From Cuniculiplasma divulgatum (lineage in GTDB: Archaea > Thermoplasmatota > Thermoplasmata > Thermoplasmatales > Thermoplasmataceae), in assembly GCF_900083515.1 (NCBI RefSeq), contig NZ_LT671858.1:1050001-1082000 (forward strand): 32,000 bases of DNA, in the 5' to 3' direction. Positions 1 to 8,060 of the stretch are shown here, in pieces. Each line of letters starts with the position of its first letter. Positions within the stretch are counted from its first letter, which is position 1. The notes beneath the pieces were generated by a model. The model had not been told where the DNA came from, did no database searches, and saw only the letters and a program-made list of their open reading frames with translations. The position numbers and the translations under genes are program-made.

Positions 1-5
1 AACGT

Positions 6-1139
6 TTAATCGAGTAGGCTTCTAATTTCTTCCTGTCTTATTTGTAGTTTTTGTGGTCCATATATGGTTATATATCTCCTGTTGAAGCTATCATAAAGCG
101 AGTTAATCAATGGTGAAAGTGAACTAATTTCCATGAATTTTCTTCCCTGTTTTACCAGCACCTCATTTTTACTTTTCTTTCTGTCCTGATATGCATATGG
201 AGGTACATAATCAACTATAAGCTCAGGATATTTTTCATGAATCTTACTTTCTATTTCAGGATTCCTTATATCAGGAGCAGAATCCCTGTATACGACCTTG
301 TATAGATCTCTTCTATCTATCTGCCCGATCATATCTGAACTTGAAGCCTGATTTCTTAGATAATTCAGGAAAATATCATCATGCATATCCATCATTGAAC
401 TGTCAACCTTATCCAGTGAGTCCATTGCTCTCTCAATCATTTTTTGTGCAATCCTGACGGTTTTATGAAAATATACTGACTTATGCATCAGGTTTCTTGA
501 TAGAAGGATCGATTCCACTGATGTTATTCCTTTTTCCTCAATGAATATTTTTTCGCCATCTGTCCTGAGTATGTCTACCATTCTTTTTATACTGAAAGCT
601 ATGTTTCCTGTTCCTGTAAAGTAACTATCTCTTACAAGATAATCCATTTCATCGGCATCTAAAGGTCCACTAACGATTTCACTTTCCAGTTTAAATTCTC
701 TGTGACCTCCAGAAAGGATTCTGGTCACCACTTCAGGATCAATATCATTAGACTCCAAATATTCCCTTATTTCACCCGTTCCTTTCTTACCAAGTATAAT
801 TTCTCGTCCATTTTCTTCATGATTTACGTGGAATTTATCCTGAAAAAAATCTTCGAATGAATGACTTAAGGGAAAATGACCTATATCATGCAGGAGAGCA
901 GCAAATGTAACCTCCGTGGGATATTTAGTTTCAAGTTTCCGTGCGATCTGGTCGGCCAGTGCCATAGTTCCAAGTGAATGCTGAAATCTAGTATGAACTG
1001 CACCCGGGTATACAAGATAACACATTCCAAGCTGCCTGATCCAGTGCAGTCTCTGAAACTCAGGAGTGTCTATTATTTTCAAAAATTTTTCCGGAATCTC
1101 TGTGTAACCCCAAACAGGATCCTGAATGGCTTTGAACAT
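6..1139 (-). CDS. HD-domain metal-dependent phosphohydrolase (COG1078 / SAMHD1-like dNTPase family)
   Basis: Motifs FQRLHWIRQLG, HTRFQHSLGT and LLHDIGHFPLSHSFE are typical of this family. The ORF-track start at 1208 runs into the SRP RNA gene. The internal ATG at 1139 (MFKAIQDPVWGY) has a GAGGT Shine-Dalgarno 5 nt upstream and is preferred. Confidence 0.8.
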   Translation of the reverse strand: MFKAIQDPVWGYTEIPEKFLKIIDTPEFQRLHWIRQLGMCYLVYPGAVHTRFQHSLGTMALADQIARKLETKYPTEVTFAALLHDIGHFPLSHSFEDFFQDKFHVNHEENGREIILGKKGTGEIREYLESNDIDPEVVTRILSGGHREFKLESEIVSGPLDADEMDYLVRDSYFTGTGNIAFSIKRMVDILRTDGEKIFIEEKGITSVESILLSRNLMHKSVYFHKTVRIAQKMIERAMDSLDKVDSSMMDMHDDIFLNYLRNQASSSDMIGQIDRRDLYKVVYRDSAPDIRNPEIESKIHEKYPELIVDYVPPYAYQDRKKSKNEVLVKQGRKFMEISSLSPLINSLYDSFNRRYITIYGPQKLQIRQEEIRSLLD

Positions 1140-1152
1140 TTTTAACCTCAAA

Positions 1153-1458
1153 TACCGGACGCGCCCAGATTGGGCCTGACGTCCTGCTAAGTTTACCCCT
1201 GAGTTCACTCGACCCCGGTATCCAGCAGCACCAAAAGTTCCACCTACCGTTGCTCCCTTCCGGACCTGGCGGGTTTGGTGAATAAGTTACGGAAAGCATT
1301 TCCTTTGAATTGCTTTCTGTAATCCTCCGATCCGCTGGGCCGAAATCTCATTGATTCCTCAAGGCTTAACAGAGGCCAGGTTGGCCTCTCTGGACTGTCG
1401 TTCCCGCGTATAGGCTTCGGGTAACAGGAAGAGCCTGGCTTCCCAACCTAGTCCGGCT
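1153..1458 (-). ncRNA. Signal recognition particle RNA (archaeal 7S / SRP RNA), ~306 nt
   Basis: This is a GC-rich island in AT-rich DNA. The minus strand reads CCAGGUCCGGAAGGGAGCAACGG, the helix-8 SRP54-binding motif (compare E. coli 4.5S CAGGUCCGGAAGGAAGCAGC). The 5' end GCCGGAC...CCUGUUACCCGAAGC resembles the Alu-domain start (human GCCGGGC...CCUGUAGUCCCAGC). The 5' GCCGGAC pairs with the 3' GUCCGGU to close the molecule. The ends are approximate (+/-10 nt). Confidence 0.85.
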
Positions 1459-1480
1459 ATTACCTTTATTAATCCTTCCT

Positions 1481-1491
1481 TAATATTTTTT
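1481..1491 (-). promoter_or_regulatory. Candidate TATA box for the SRP RNA gene
   Basis: The minus strand reads AAAAAATATTA, centred ~28 nt upstream of the inferred SRP RNA 5' end. Confidence 0.35.
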
Positions 1492-1496
1492 CCATA

Positions 1497-1516
1497 GTTT
1501 TCGCATGTTTTCGCAT
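1497..1516. repeat. Perfect tandem direct repeat, 2 x GTTTTCGCAT
   Basis: Read directly: gttttcgcat at 1497-1506 and again at 1507-1516, immediately upstream (minus-strand sense) of the SRP RNA TATA candidate. Function unknown. Confidence 0.9.
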
Positions 1517-1631
1517 TTCCTTTGTGACATCCTCCCACCCCTGAAGAGTGCGGGATTTCCCGCTCACACGTGTTGAAACTTATTTATACGAAGGAATGAA
1601 AAAGTTTTTTGATTAAATGGAAACAGGATTT

Positions 1632-2609
1632 TCACATAAATGATTCGTAGACGTCATCGATCGATTTTATTATTCTTTCAGTGCTTGCTTCCATCTCTGC
1701 CAGTACCATAGATCCGCCCATTCCTGCTCCTTCTTTAACGTATCCGTCCTCAAAGCGTCTTATTCCATCGAACCTTGATTTTGTTAAATCAGTACGGGAA
1801 AACCTCAGGTGATCCGGATCGACCAGATATTCCATAGTTTTTCGTGAGTCTTTCATTACCTGTTTAGTTGTCCACACTTCGAGATTATCCACCGGTAGTT
1901 TCATAGAAGATGCAATGTAATATATTGTTGCCATCTGTGTACCGCCAGAGAGAACTATTCTGGAGTCTTCGTTCTCTGAAATAATTCCAAGTGCTATTTC
2001 CTGAGTATAATCCCCAACCCTTGATATGGATTTCAGTGGATCATTCTGAATTCCGTGTCTCTGAATCATTTCTTCTATAACGTCACTCTTAAGGTTTGTA
2101 GGGTTTATTCTAAATGAACTGCTTGTTTTTATATCCAAACCGAGAAGTGATAGGACAGATTGTGCAGTAGTCGTTCCTCCTGGTATGGATTCTGAAATCA
2201 TTATGGAACGACCATTTTTTAAAAGTGTCTTGCCAATATATCTGCCAGTTGAAACTGCAAGTGATGCCTGAGGTAAAGCCATCTCTTTCCTTCCGTCTCT
2301 CGCTGGATTTAGATCTGTATGTAGATAGGCACACTTTGGTTTTATCCCCATCCCTCCATCCACTACCAGAGTTTCCAATCCAGAAATACCAAGACATGCT
2401 CTGGCTATGAGGGAAGGTGTTGGTAATCCATCGGGTGTCATTGGAGGGACATCAAGAGATTTACATTCCCCCTCTACAAGTATTTCAGAGTCAAGGGCTG
2501 GTGTTAGAAAGGTTAGATCTGGAGTTTTACCAGCTGATGTTATACCTGGGATAAGGGATATCTGTGTATTTCCCGCTATCATCAAATTAATGTCAGGTTT
2601 TCTATTCAT
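1632..2609 (-). CDS. cobT: Archaeal-type CobT-like protein (UPF0284 family; nicotinate-nucleotide:dimethylbenzimidazole phosphoribosyltransferase-like)
   Basis: The N-terminus LMIAGNTQISLIPGITSAGKTPDLT and the ESIPGGTTTA / SGGTQMA motifs resemble the archaeal UPF0284/CobT family. It is the last gene of a tightly packed cobalamin operon, 4 nt after cbiB. Confidence 0.6.
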   Translation of the reverse strand: MNRKPDINLMIAGNTQISLIPGITSAGKTPDLTFLTPALDSEILVEGECKSLDVPPMTPDGLPTPSLIARACLGISGLETLVVDGGMGIKPKCAYLHTDLNPARDGRKEMALPQASLAVSTGRYIGKTLLKNGRSIMISESIPGGTTTAQSVLSLLGLDIKTSSSFRINPTNLKSDVIEEMIQRHGIQNDPLKSISRVGDYTQEIALGIISENEDSRIVLSGGTQMATIYYIASSMKLPVDNLEVWTTKQVMKDSRKTMEYLVDPDHLRFSRTDLTKSRFDGIRRFEDGYVKEGAGMGGSMVLAEMEASTERIIKSIDDVYESFM

Positions 2610-2613
2610 TTTA

Positions 2614-3603
2614 TCATACCACTATTTTAAGGGGAAATAAAAAGAATATGTGTGGGTAAAGAATATATGAAAAAATGAGGATCAATGGGATTGTTACGAA
2701 AATTACCATGAGAAAGAATGAGAAATAGAATATTCTTAATGCTTTCTTGAGATCGCCAAGAGTTGGGTCAAAACCTTTTCTGTTAATCACATAACTTCCT
2801 TTTTTCTCAAGCTTAAGATTCAAAACAATTGCCATTGTACCCATGGAATATGCAGCATTCCTACTGGGTACGCTATTTAGAACGGATGAAAGCAGTGATT
2901 TCCTATTGCTATAGTTCAGCATATATGCAGAAATTGATATGAGTGCAGATGAAATTCGTGCAGGAATATAGTTAAGAATTGTATCCATAGCAGCAGAAGC
3001 CCTTCCAAATTTCAGATATTTTTTATCCCTGTACCCAAAGGTTGAATCCAGTGTGTTCACGATTCTGTAAACTATGGAACCAATAACACCAAATATGGAG
3101 AAATACAGTAAACTTCCTGTGAATGAATCTGTGATACCTTCAGCAACTGTTTCAATGGCCGCAGATATTAGTAAGGGTTCGTTCAACTCTGAAACATCTC
3201 TTCTTACACATCTGGAAGTTAGGACTCTGGCACTGTCCATATCTCCTTTTTCAAGACTCTTTATTATGGGATTAATGTGCGCTCCCATTGAGGTAAATGC
3301 AAATGTTGATTTTGCAATTATGGCGTAAAATATCAGGAAAAATATGTATATAAGAGGAAGACTGTAAAGGAAATCAAAAACCACTCCAAAAAATATGGTG
3401 ATTGGAATTACTGTAAGCAATGCAGTAATCCACCCTGCCCTCACCAGCTTCCTGGATTTCTGCATCCCACGCCCAATGAACATGGCCCATCTTCCTGAGA
3501 TTACTGCAATGTGTAGAAAACCTCTGGGTTCTCCGAATATTATGTCTATTATAAGGGCAAGGAAAAGAGTTGAGATTATGATTGAAAGGAATTCAGGTTC
3601 CAT
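2614..3603 (-). CDS. cbiB: Adenosylcobinamide-phosphate synthase CbiB (CobD in Pseudomonas nomenclature), integral membrane
   Basis: A multi-TM protein of ~329 aa with the N-terminal FGEP motif and overall CbiB-like layout. It overlaps cobQ by 11 nt. Confidence 0.7.
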   Translation of the reverse strand: MEPEFLSIIISTLFLALIIDIIFGEPRGFLHIAVISGRWAMFIGRGMQKSRKLVRAGWITALLTVIPITIFFGVVFDFLYSLPLIYIFFLIFYAIIAKSTFAFTSMGAHINPIIKSLEKGDMDSARVLTSRCVRRDVSELNEPLLISAAIETVAEGITDSFTGSLLYFSIFGVIGSIVYRIVNTLDSTFGYRDKKYLKFGRASAAMDTILNYIPARISSALISISAYMLNYSNRKSLLSSVLNSVPSRNAAYSMGTMAIVLNLKLEKKGSYVINRKGFDPTLGDLKKALRIFYFSFFLMVIFVTIPLILIFSYILYPHIFFLFPLKIVV

Positions 3604-5020
3604 TTACGATCTGCATTAACAGTTCTCTTTTTAAATTTACGGATAGATTCATGGAGAATGATTTGATATTATCTTCCAGGGTTTCTTCGAAACTTCTACT
3701 TCTATTTATCCCTGTAAACCACTGAAAAACATTGGAATTTTCAAGGATCCCATGAAGATTGGTTCCAATAATTTTTCCGTCTGTGCTTATAGAACCTTCT
3801 GGACCAACGTTTGTATTGACAAAGTTTTCCTCATTTTTACTCTGTTCCTTTCCATAATGGATGAAATAGGCAGATCCTTCTAAGGGCAGGTTTCCAAGAG
3901 AACCGTGATACTTAACATCCCTAATCTCCTTTTTAGAATCATATAGGAAATTGGTATTTAGTAAACCAAGACCTTTAAGCTCATTCACAGGTAGCTGAAC
4001 ATGATCTGGATCCAGTATAGATCTTGACAGCATCTGGTATCCTCCGCAGATTCCCAGTATTTTCTTCCCATTCTCTAGAAATTCGCTTATCTTCTTCCCG
4101 ATTCCTGTTTTGATTACAAAATTAAGATCTTCATAAACATTCTTTGAACCTGGAAACAGAAGAGAATCTACACTATCAAGCTGTTCCGGAGTGGTTATAT
4201 ATTTACCAAGCCCCATCTGTATAAGTGGATCAATGTCACTGTAATTCTCAAAATATGGATATCTTATAATGCCAACCTTTGATCCGTTTATATTGCTGTA
4301 ATCAAGAGAATCTTCTCCAGGTAATGTAGTGTTTTCCATATGGGGAATTACTCCCATGCTGATCATCCCTGTCATAGAACTTATCTTTTCTATACCACTG
4401 TTCAGTAAATCCACCTCACCTCTCATGTTGTTTATGATGAAGTATTTTAGTACGTCGGGATACTGAGCAAGTGCCTTTGTTCCGTATAGTGATGAGAATG
4501 AACCACCATTTTCAATGTTGGTAACAAGTATTCCAGTACCTTTGAATTCATTTGTTAACCATGTATTCGCAAGATCCCTCTCATAGAGATTGATCTCCGC
4601 AGCTGACCCAGATCCCTCTGCAACAACCACATCATAGCTTTCAAGAAGAGACTTTAAAGCCTCCTTTACTGCTAACCTTGCTTCATCCCTCAGTATCTTT
4701 CCATAGTCATCAATGGTTCTGCTCCCGATGGACTTTCCCATAAAAATTACCTGGGACTTTCCTGATCCCTCGGGTTTAAGTAGAATAGGGTTAACCTTCC
4801 AGTCAGGTACTATTCTTGAGGCTTTTGCCTGTAACCATTGAGATCTTGCTATTTCATAACCATCTACAGTGGATATAGAATTCAATGACATGTTCATTGC
4901 TTTGAATGGCGATACTCTGTATCCCAGATCACTTAGAATTCTGCAAATCCCCATCGTAATAGTACTTTTCCCAGCATTGGATGATGTTCCCATAATGTGT
5001 ATAAGCTTACCCTCAACCAT
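3593..5020 (-). CDS. cobQ: Cobyric acid synthase CobQ/CbiP
   Basis: The N-terminal P-loop-like MGTSSNAGKSTITMGICR is characteristic of CobQ/CobB. The C-terminal half has a glutamine-amidotransferase-like segment (ILGICGGYQML). 475 aa. Confidence 0.8.
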   Translation of the reverse strand: MVEGKLIHIMGTSSNAGKSTITMGICRILSDLGYRVSPFKAMNMSLNSISTVDGYEIARSQWLQAKASRIVPDWKVNPILLKPEGSGKSQVIFMGKSIGSRTIDDYGKILRDEARLAVKEALKSLLESYDVVVAEGSGSAAEINLYERDLANTWLTNEFKGTGILVTNIENGGSFSSLYGTKALAQYPDVLKYFIINNMRGEVDLLNSGIEKISSMTGMISMGVIPHMENTTLPGEDSLDYSNINGSKVGIIRYPYFENYSDIDPLIQMGLGKYITTPEQLDSVDSLLFPGSKNVYEDLNFVIKTGIGKKISEFLENGKKILGICGGYQMLSRSILDPDHVQLPVNELKGLGLLNTNFLYDSKKEIRDVKYHGSLGNLPLEGSAYFIHYGKEQSKNEENFVNTNVGPEGSISTDGKIIGTNLHGILENSNVFQWFTGINRSRSFEETLEDNIKSFSMNLSVNLKRELLMQIVNGT

Positions 5021-6056
5021 TTATTACCGCCCGTATTGCCTTAATTAACTCCATATTTTCGTCGTGACCTCTTATATTTATTCTAAAGTCTCTCCCTGTA
5101 AAGCCATAAAAGTCACCCAGATTCCTTATTAAGAATCCCTTTTCCATAAGTTTTGTTTCAAAAAACAGAGGATCTATTTTTTCATTTAGACTGAAAGCCA
5201 GAAAGTTAACCTCTGACCTTCCCAGTACCTTTAGTTTCATTTTCTTTAATTCTAATACTAGATTTTCCCTTTCCCTTTCAATGTTTATGATATCAGGCTG
5301 ATACTCAGACCATTTTTCTAATATAAGTTTGTAATCCTCTGGAATAGTCCACGGTCCCCTGATTTTCTTAAGAATTTTTATAGTTTCGGGTGAACAAACA
5401 CCAAATCCTAATCTAATTCCAGGTAATCCACTCACTTTAGTAAGTGACCTTCCTAATATTACATCAGGATATTCTTCAGTAACTTTCCTAAATTCTTTTT
5501 GCCTTTCCGTTGATAAAAAATCTATATATGCCTGATCTAAGAAGACAGTTGCACCTTTCTTCGTTGAAATCCGGATTATTGCTTCAATCTCTGTGGAGTT
5601 AAGCATTTCACCTGTAGGATTGACAGGTATATTCAATGAGATTATATCATAACTAAAATTTTTTATAATTTCAGTGTTCTTAATCAATGCTCCTAAGGAT
5701 AATCTTGCTATTCTACAACCACTGACCTCAGCTGCTCTTCTGTGCTCTGAAAAAATTGGTTCTATTAACAGAGCGTTCCTTCCTGAATGTGATTGATATA
5801 CATAATGAATTAGAGATGTCATTCCATAGGTTGCAATAATTCTTTCAGGGTTAATGTCGAATAGTTTCCCTATGAGTTCCTCTAATTTTTCTTCACCCGC
5901 AGGGTAGTGTTTCAAAACTCCCGTCTTTTTACCCACAAGATATTCTGGACTGTTGTGATTGATATTCGCTGAAAAATCTGTTATTTCGGGATATTTATCC
6001 TTGATCCTCAGGAAATGATCACCGTGTGTAAAATTATCATCTGAACTTAATTTCAT
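5013..6056 (-). CDS. cobD: Class I/II PLP aminotransferase-fold enzyme, probably L-threonine-O-3-phosphate decarboxylase CobD (alternatively HisC-like)
   Basis: The PLP-lysine region SLTKVSGLPGIRLGF and the NPVNPTG-like motif (IPVNPTGE) fit the fold. It is the first gene of the cob operon and overlaps cobQ by 8 nt. Confidence 0.6.
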   Translation of the reverse strand: MKLSSDDNFTHGDHFLRIKDKYPEITDFSANINHNSPEYLVGKKTGVLKHYPAGEEKLEELIGKLFDINPERIIATYGMTSLIHYVYQSHSGRNALLIEPIFSEHRRAAEVSGCRIARLSLGALIKNTEIIKNFSYDIISLNIPVNPTGEMLNSTEIEAIIRISTKKGATVFLDQAYIDFLSTERQKEFRKVTEEYPDVILGRSLTKVSGLPGIRLGFGVCSPETIKILKKIRGPWTIPEDYKLILEKWSEYQPDIINIERERENLVLELKKMKLKVLGRSEVNFLAFSLNEKIDPLFFETKLMEKGFLIRNLGDFYGFTGRDFRINIRGHDENMELIKAIRAVING

Positions 6057-6103
6057 TTTAGTGTAATTAATTTCATATTTATATCACTTAAGTATATTCC
6101 AAC

Positions 6104-6838
6104 GTGAAAATATCAAAATATGCAAGGGCATCGATTTCTTTCTTTACAATCATACCTGCAGGAAATGCAGAATTCATACCTGAAGCTATCTATTTTCTCT
6201 GGTTACCATATCTTCTATCAGGACTGGTCTCCTTTATAGTTTTGTACGAAATTGAAGGTTTCGTTTCAAAGTTCATTCTCGCAATAATTGCGCTCAGTAT
6301 AATAGGTATTATACACGGTGCACAGAATCTTGATGCGCTATTTGATCTTGGAGACGGGCTCATGAAGAGAGGAGAGGCAGAGAAAAGACTTAAGGTGATG
6401 AAAGATCCATCTGTTGGTGCTGGAGGCTTATTTATGTTCTTTGTTGTATATGGGATTAGTGTTTCTGCCTTATTTTCTGTTCCCACAAACAAAATTCCCT
6501 ACATGATACTTTTTTCCCAGTTAGTGGATATCATTTTCATGTCAGTGGTATTCTTCAGAAATAAGCCAATAGGTGAGGGTTATGGTAAATTCTTTTCAGT
6601 CATTTCATCAAGATGGACATTTTTAATAACTTCCTTTGGAATTCCGTTTATATTATCATTGTTACTCTTCCCAGAGTATATTGTTGTTCTTTTTTCTGTA
6701 ATTATAATAGCAATTATTCTGAGGCTTTATCTTTACAAAATTTTCGGAGGCGTAAATGGAGATATAGTTGGAGCGTCTGGGGAGATCGGAAGAATGTTTG
6801 CCATTCTTCTTTCAACCATTTCAATTTTTATTGTGTGA
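6104..6838 (+). CDS. cobS: Cobalamin (adenosylcobinamide-GDP ribazoletransferase) synthase CobS
   Basis: A polytopic membrane protein of 244 aa with SFFTIIP near the N-terminus and GGVNGD near the C-terminus, both typical CobS motifs. It is divergent from the cobD operon. GTG start. Confidence 0.7.
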   Translation: MKISKYARASISFFTIIPAGNAEFIPEAIYFLWLPYLLSGLVSFIVLYEIEGFVSKFILAIIALSIIGIIHGAQNLDALFDLGDGLMKRGEAEKRLKVMKDPSVGAGGLFMFFVVYGISVSALFSVPTNKIPYMILFSQLVDIIFMSVVFFRNKPIGEGYGKFFSVISSRWTFLITSFGIPFILSLLLFPEYIVVLFSVIIIAIILRLYLYKIFGGVNGDIVGASGEIGRMFAILLSTISIFIV

Positions 6839-6910
6839 ATTGAGGATTCAGTAAAAATGTGTTAGTATTGAGAATGATAATTTTTTATGCACGTATACAA
6901 TGTCCATTCT

Positions 6911-7090
6911 ATGTCAAGATTTTATTATGCTTGTAAGGACGTAGGATTTGATTGCAGTTACCATATTGATGAACCAACTCATAAGGATCTGTGGAACAAA
7001 ATAAGGATACATAATAGATATGCACACAATCAATTTGATATTACCCCTGAATGGGAAGAAAAAATAAATAAGGCAATACAGGAAAAGTGA
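6911..7090 (+). CDS. Small DUF1059-like protein (predicted small metal-binding protein)
   Basis: FYYACKDVGFDCSYHI...AHNQ matches the DUF1059 pattern (C-x-D-x-G-x-D-C ... H). The start was moved to the third in-frame ATG (MSRFYY), which fits the TATA-like run ending near 6886. Confidence 0.55.
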   Translation: MSRFYYACKDVGFDCSYHIDEPTHKDLWNKIRIHNRYAHNQFDITPEWEEKINKAIQEK

Positions 7091-7094
7091 AGTA

Positions 7095-8060
7095 ATGAGA
7101 CCGATACCGACCATACTCAGGTCTGATGAGCTTATAGATAAGAGCCTGAAGAAAGCGTCAAAAATAGACGAGCCTTACGACAAGATATTTGAGAATAAGG
7201 TTAGAAAGGAAAATATAGACAGAATTGCAACTGCAGAGAGTGTTTCCGCAATATATCTAAAAAGGATAGTTAAGAAATTTCCAACTTCTGAAAAACTCCA
7301 TCCGTTCTATGAAGATTTTCTTCAGTTAAAATTTGGAATTGATAATTATAAAAGATCACTGAACAATGTGCAGTGGGCTGGAGAAAAGATTGTTGAACTT
7401 GCGACAGATTCTATACATGATCTTAAGAGAGCAAGAACAGCACACGAAATGGTAAATGTAAGAAAGAAATTTTACGGTCGATTTTGCTCTGTTCTTGAGC
7501 ACGTTGACAAGGACCTAAGATTACTTGGTGAATGCAGGGACTTTCTAAGGAAACTTCCGGAAATCGATCCAGAAAAACCGTCATTTGTCATAGCAGGAAT
7601 GCCTAATGTTGGGAAAAGCTCACTGCTAAATTCACTTACTAATAATGATGTTCAAATTGCACCTTACCCATTCACGACACTTAACGTATTCATAGGTCAC
7701 ATGAATGCGGGACCAAGAAAGATCCAAATTGTGGACACACCCGGTTTACTTGATAGGCCGATGGATGAGAGAAATGAACTGGAAAGGAGATCTATTCTTA
7801 GCCTGAAAGATATACGGGGAGTTATTCTATTTCTTATTGACTATTCTGGATTTTCAGGATATACAGTGGAGCAGCAGGAGAAACTTTACAACGATATAAG
7901 GGCAAACTTCCCTAAAAAGATAGTAAGGGTACAGACAAAAATAGATATAAGTGAAAGAAAAGAAGAAATTGCTATATCGAACATCAACAAAACAGGGATA
8001 AAAGAATTAAAGGACTTTATTATTAAGGAGTCTGGTGAATTCACTGAATACGGATATTGA
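7095..8060 (+). CDS. NOG1-family GTP-binding protein (archaeal Nog1)
   Basis: G1 GMPNVGKSS, G2 region FTT, G3 DTPGLLDRP, plus an N-terminal NOG1-type helical region. 321 aa. Confidence 0.8.
   Translation: MRPIPTILRSDELIDKSLKKASKIDEPYDKIFENKVRKENIDRIATAESVSAIYLKRIVKKFPTSEKLHPFYEDFLQLKFGIDNYKRSLNNVQWAGEKIVELATDSIHDLKRARTAHEMVNVRKKFYGRFCSVLEHVDKDLRLLGECRDFLRKLPEIDPEKPSFVIAGMPNVGKSSLLNSLTNNDVQIAPYPFTTLNVFIGHMNAGPRKIQIVDTPGLLDRPMDERNELERRSILSLKDIRGVILFLIDYSGFSGYTVEQQEKLYNDIRANFPKKIVRVQTKIDISERKEEIAISNINKTGIKELKDFIIKESGEFTEYGY

Noticed and set aside
1060-1299. The 79-aa ORF on the minus strand, together with the N-terminal 23 codons of ORF 6..1208.
   Set aside because: Both lie on the SRP RNA gene, a GC-rich structured RNA with the helix-8 motif. 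The translated sequence is low-quality (P/G/W/C-rich). The HD protein has a better SD-preceded start at 1139.
6057-6103. A possible cobalamin riboswitch or structured leader for the cob genes.
   Set aside because: The divergent spacer is only 47 nt and AT-rich, too short for a riboswitch. Cobalamin riboswitches are not an established feature of archaea. No B12-box-like GC-rich element was seen.
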